From contig DYKL01000004.1 of assembly GCA_020722645.1 (NCBI GenBank), forward strand, positions 1 through 32,856: a stretch of DNA of 32,856 nucleotides, in the 5' to 3' direction. Positions within the stretch are counted from its first letter, which is position 1. Each line of letters begins with the position of its first letter. This document shows, one piece after another, positions 29,194-32,856 of the stretch. Both the position numbers and the translations under genes were made by a program. Source of the DNA: Acetofilamentum sp. Its GTDB lineage: Bacteria > Bacteroidota > Bacteroidia > Bacteroidales > JAFGUD01. The notes beneath the pieces are model-generated. The model had not been told where the DNA came from, did not search any database, and saw only the letters and a list, made by a program, of their open reading frames with translations.

Positions 29194-30039
29194 ATGGGAA
29201 AAAAGGACAATAATATAGGAAACACAAAAAGTAATAGGTTTAAAATGGTCATTTTTGATGAAGTTTCTTTAAAAGAAAGATTCAATTTTTCTTTATCAAA
29301 AATAAATTTATTCACTTATCTTGGAATAGCATTCATTTTATTGAGCTTTCTTGTTGGCTTATTGCTTATTTACACACCTTTGAAATATCTTTTGCCTCCG
29401 GTTGAAAATTACGCATTGGAAAAAAAGATTGTTCAGAATTATATTTTGATTGATTCTCTCGAAAAACAAATAATTCAAAGAGATTATTATTTTGATCAGA
29501 TAAAAAACATCATAACCAAAGATAATTTGCTGCTTTACGGCAATACTGATTCTATTGACGAAAGCGACATTTTGACTCAAAGTCAAAAAGATTCTATTTT
29601 GAATGAACTTATAGAAAGAGACAAAAACAGTCTGAGCATTATAAGAGATGAGCAAGGATTATCGGGCGAAAATTTATATTTTGTAAAACCATTGTCTGGA
29701 GCTATTTCAAACGGTTTTAATCCGAAAAAATCGCATAACGGAATTGATATTGTTGCCCCCGAAGGCACTCCTGTTCTATCTACATTGCAAGGAACAGTTA
29801 TTCTGGCTACTTGGAGCGTTAATTCCGGTTATATAATTCAAATTCAGCATCCAAATAATTTTATTTCTGTCTATAAACATAATGCCGAAATTTTGAAAAA
29901 AGAAGGAGATAAAGTAATAGCAGGAGAACCGATTGCTTTGACAGGTAATACAGGGCAAGAAACAGACAAACCTCATTTGCATTTTGAAATCTGGCAAAAC
30001 GGAGTTCCGGTTGACCCAACCGAATTTATAAATTTTTAA
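29194..30039 (+). CDS. M23 family metallopeptidase, membrane anchored
   Basis: One TM segment; intact HNGID (HxxxD) and HLH zinc motifs. Confidence 0.9.
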   Translation: MGKKDNNIGNTKSNRFKMVIFDEVSLKERFNFSLSKINLFTYLGIAFILLSFLVGLLLIYTPLKYLLPPVENYALEKKIVQNYILIDSLEKQIIQRDYYFDQIKNIITKDNLLLYGNTDSIDESDILTQSQKDSILNELIERDKNSLSIIRDEQGLSGENLYFVKPLSGAISNGFNPKKSHNGIDIVAPEGTPVLSTLQGTVILATWSVNSGYIIQIQHPNNFISVYKHNAEILKKEGDKVIAGEPIALTGNTGQETDKPHLHFEIWQNGVPVDPTEFINF

Positions 30040-30047
30040 AAGTTTTT

Positions 30048-31208
30048 ATGTCCAAAAATATTGCAATTCTGGGCTCTACAGGCTCTATCGGAAAACAAAC
30101 TATTGAAGTTGTAGAACAAAATCCTGATTTGTTTAGAATAGTTGTTTTAACTGCAAATAGAAATTTTAATTTATTAATTGAGCAAGCACAAAAAATTAAA
30201 CCAAAATACGTTGTAATAGCTGACAATAAGCATTACAATGACGTAAAAAAAGCATTAAACTGTTTCGATATTGAAGTTTTATACGGAGATGAAAATGTCG
30301 CTAATGTTACAGTTTTAAATGAAGTTGATTTTGTACTTGTTGCATTAGTAGGATATTCTGCTCTTATTCCAACAATTAAAGCCATTGAAAACAAAAAGAA
30401 TATTGCTTTGGCAAATAAAGAAGCATTAGTTGTTGCAGGTGATATTATCACAAAAATCGCTCAAAAAAACAACATTAAATTACTACCGGTTGATTCAGAA
30501 CATTCAGCTATTTTTCAATGCCTTAGTGGTGAAGATTATTCTCAAATCGAAAAAATTTATTTAACTGCTTCCGGTGGTCCTTTCAGAGGTTATAGTTATA
30601 ATCAGTTAGAAAATGTTACGGTAAAACAAGCTTTGAAGCATCCTAACTGGTCAATGGGATCAAAAATAACTATTGATTCAGCTACAATGATGAACAAAGG
30701 TCTTGAAATGATTGAAGCTAAATGGCTTTTCGACCTCAAACCAGAGCAAATTCAAGTTATTGTTCATAAACAATCAATTATTCATTCTATTGTTCAGTTT
30801 ATTGATGGTTCTATGAAAGCTCAAATGGGATTACCTGATATGAAATTACCCATACAATATGCACTTGCGTACCCTCAGCGTATTTACTCTCCGTTTAAGA
30901 GGTTTTCTTTTTTGGATTATTCACAGTTTGATTTTCAATTGCCTGATTTTGAAGTTTTTAAATGTTTATCTTTGGCAGAATATGCTTTGATTAAAGGTGG
31001 TAATATTCCTTGTATTCTAAATGCTGCTAACGAAGTTGCTGTTGATGCTTTTTTAAATGAAAAAATTAAGTTTTTGCAGATACCTCAGACTATAGAAAAC
31101 ACCATTGAAAAAATAGGTTTTAAAGATAATCTGAATCTCGAAGAATATATTCTGACTGATAAAGAATCAAGAATTGTTGCAAGTGAATTTATTAACACTA
31201 AATTTTAA
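30048..31208 (+). CDS. dxr: 1-deoxy-D-xylulose-5-phosphate reductoisomerase
   Basis: LGSTGSIG, LANKE, PVDSEHSA, TASGGPF, HPNWSMG.KITIDSATMMNKGLE, NAANE. Confidence 0.98.
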   Translation: MSKNIAILGSTGSIGKQTIEVVEQNPDLFRIVVLTANRNFNLLIEQAQKIKPKYVVIADNKHYNDVKKALNCFDIEVLYGDENVANVTVLNEVDFVLVALVGYSALIPTIKAIENKKNIALANKEALVVAGDIITKIAQKNNIKLLPVDSEHSAIFQCLSGEDYSQIEKIYLTASGGPFRGYSYNQLENVTVKQALKHPNWSMGSKITIDSATMMNKGLEMIEAKWLFDLKPEQIQVIVHKQSIIHSIVQFIDGSMKAQMGLPDMKLPIQYALAYPQRIYSPFKRFSFLDYSQFDFQLPDFEVFKCLSLAEYALIKGGNIPCILNAANEVAVDAFLNEKIKFLQIPQTIENTIEKIGFKDNLNLEEYILTDKESRIVASEFINTKF

Positions 31209-31211
31209 TTG

Positions 31212-32222
31212 ATGATTTTGGTTACTGGTGCAACAGGAAATTTAGGCTCTCACCTACTCTATCATTTACTTCAGGAGAATGAAAAAGTTGTTGCATTATA
31301 CCGAAATGAAAAGAAAAAGCAGAATGTTCTTGAAATTTTCGGTTATTATTCAGAAAATCCTGAAAAGATGTTCGAAAAAATTGCGTGGCGTAAAGCAGAT
31401 TTAACTGACGTTTTAAGTCTCGAAAATGCTTTTGAAGGTATCACATCAGTTTTTCACTGCGCTGCAATTGTTGGCTTTAAAAATAGAAAATATGAGCAAT
31501 ACCGCTTGAATAACATCGTTGGGACTACCAATATTGTTAATCTGGCTATTGATTTTAATGTCAAAAAACTTGTATATGTTAGTTCCATCGCTGCATTGGG
31601 TGTTAATAAAGAAGGCTTGACAACCGAAGAACATCACATCAATCCTGATAATGTTACTTCTTTTTATTCAAAATCAAAATATTATGCTGAATTAGAAGTT
31701 TGGAGAGGAATGCAGGAAGGTTTAAATGCCGTTATAATAAATCCGTCAGTTATATTAGCACCATATTCTTTTTCAGGTTTTACCGAAAAAATAATAAAAT
31801 TTGTAATTAGAAAAGGCATAAAATATTATACTTGCGGAAAAAAAGGTTATGTCGATGTTAATGATGTTGCAAAAATAGCAATTGACTTAATGAAAAGCGA
31901 CATATCAGGTGAAAGGTTTATCTTAAATTCGCAAAATTTGAGCTTCAAATCTGTTTTTGATTTAATAAATCGTAAAATTGGTAAACCTTATTCCGAAAAA
32001 AAAATCAAAAAAAGTACATTAATAGCATTAAAACATATACTGAACGTCTTTACATTCGGAAAATCTTTATTGAATAATCAGTTAATTTTTTATGCGGTAA
32101 ATGATGAGCTTTATTCAAGCGAAAAGTTAAAAAATGCTATTGATGTCAATTTTAAAACAGTCAGAGAATCAATAGATTATATTGTAGATATTTATAGGAA
32201 AAAATTGAGTTTAGAGTTATAA
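31212..32222 (+). CDS. NAD-dependent epimerase/dehydratase (extended SDR, DFR-like)
   Basis: ILVTGATGNLG, HCAA, VSSIAALG, YSKSK (YxxxK); ATG at 31212. Confidence 0.88.
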   Translation: MILVTGATGNLGSHLLYHLLQENEKVVALYRNEKKKQNVLEIFGYYSENPEKMFEKIAWRKADLTDVLSLENAFEGITSVFHCAAIVGFKNRKYEQYRLNNIVGTTNIVNLAIDFNVKKLVYVSSIAALGVNKEGLTTEEHHINPDNVTSFYSKSKYYAELEVWRGMQEGLNAVIINPSVILAPYSFSGFTEKIIKFVIRKGIKYYTCGKKGYVDVNDVAKIAIDLMKSDISGERFILNSQNLSFKSVFDLINRKIGKPYSEKKIKKSTLIALKHILNVFTFGKSLLNNQLIFYAVNDELYSSEKLKNAIDVNFKTVRESIDYIVDIYRKKLSLEL

Positions 32223-32355
32223 AGTTAAAAGTTTAAGGTTCATAAAGTTTGTAAAGTTGTGCCGTTTGTAAAGTTAATGTGTTAGACGAGTTCAACTATG
32301 CTCTTTTAACTTTTAGACCCTTTCAGGGCAAGTTTTATAAACTTTCAACTAATTC
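32207..32355. repeat. Second copy of the AAAGTT-rich palindromic repeat family
   Basis: Shares GAGTTTAG start, TTCATAAAGTT, TAAAGTTAATG and ACTTTT(T)AGACC with 371-527; left arm AAAGTT units, right arm AACTTT units. Confidence 0.55.
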
Positions 32356-32357
32356 AT

Positions 32358-32588
32358 TTATTCTTTGGGTTTTTTCATTATAGCGTAAATTTCAAAGCCA
32401 AAGCCGAAGACAACAATAATGGTTGCAAGAACAATTCTGCGGAAGTTGAAAATTTCAGGGTTAAAAACATTAGGGTCTTTGCTGCCGCCACCTGCCATTA
32501 AAATAAAACCGAAAATTATAATAGCAAAGCCTATAGCCAATAAAATGAAGTTTTGTTTACCAAATGGAAAATCAATTTTAGGTGACAT
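32358..32588 (-). CDS. DUF3098 family small membrane protein
   Basis: FGKQNFILLAIG...GFILMAGGGS.DPNVFNPEIF.FRRI...GFGFEIYAI; start moved to ATG 32588, with TATTTTTG -7 element at 32614-32621. Confidence 0.85.
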   Translation of the reverse strand: MSPKIDFPFGKQNFILLAIGFAIIIFGFILMAGGGSKDPNVFNPEIFNFRRIVLATIIVVFGFGFEIYAIMKKPKE

Positions 32589-32831
32589 AATGCAAGATTT
32601 AAAAAATTTGCGACAAAAATACAATATTTTGTTTAAAATCCTAATATTTTTGTTCTTAAAAAATCTTTTTTATCATTCAACAAAAAAATCAACTGCTCCA
32701 CAAGTTTTTTTATCCGATTGTAAATAAACAATATATGTCTCTCCGTTTACAGTTGCTTTAAAATTTGATGGATATTTTCAATTTCAAGGATGTTTTATAT
32801 TGCCTTAAATCCGCAAGTCTTTTCGTAAGTG

Positions 32832-32855
32832 GTTGCAGGTGAAAACACCTGCAAC
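32832..32855. repeat. Perfect GC-rich hairpin, possibly REP-like
   Basis: GTTGCAGGTG-AAAA-CACCTGCAAC, 10-bp stem with no U tract, at the window edge. Confidence 0.45.
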
Positions 32856-32856
32856 A

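Noticed and set aside
72-32727. Numerous 60-154 aa ORFs in the track (e.g. 72-332, 6155-6619, 7624-8010, 28655-28987, 32419-32727)
   Set aside because: They lie antisense to, or out of frame within, well-supported genes and show no motifs; they are shadow ORFs
32673-32777. Minus-strand 34-codon open stretch (KYPSNFKATVNGETYIVYLQSDKKTCGAVDFFVE) that looks protein-like
   Set aside because: No start codon, bounded by an upstream in-frame stop, and no recognisable family; cannot be supported as a gene or pseudogene without a homology search
1-32856. Alternative genetic code or programmed frameshifts suggested by very low GC
   Set aside because: Core genes translate full length under code 11 with dense packing and no interrupted conserved ORFs

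Overview
Very AT-rich chromosomal segment of a Bacteroidota bacterium, probably Bacteroidales-like (TAnnTTTG -7 promoters, a T9SS C-terminal domain, DUF3098/DUF4292/DUF4175 genes). It holds about 29 mostly housekeeping CDSs (ispB, ade, mnmG, ybeY, envC-like, dut, rpiB, nadA, ruvB, dxr). The window appears to span the replication origin. Gene orientation diverges at an 845-bp rpiB-nadA intergenic region (18 of 22 genes to the left are on -, 6 of 7 to the right on +). That region holds three consensus DnaA boxes, several TTATYAACA variants, and a tandem-box + DnaA-trio + AT-only unwinding module. Two perfect parS palindromes lie about 16 kb away, between mnmG and ade. No dnaA or parAB gene is in the window. 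Non-core highlights: a 922-aa membrane sensor (periplasmic domain-HAMP-GAF-coiled coil-PAS-bacteriohemerythrin) with no recognisable output domain; an approximately 150-bp palindromic AAAGTT-rich repeat element present twice, one copy with a 6-bp flanking direct repeat; an orphan MNT antitoxin whose HEPN partner seems cut off; and a promoter plus possible structured RNA pointing into the origin. No rRNA, tRNA, CRISPR array or transposase was seen. All calls come from visual motif reading, not database searches.
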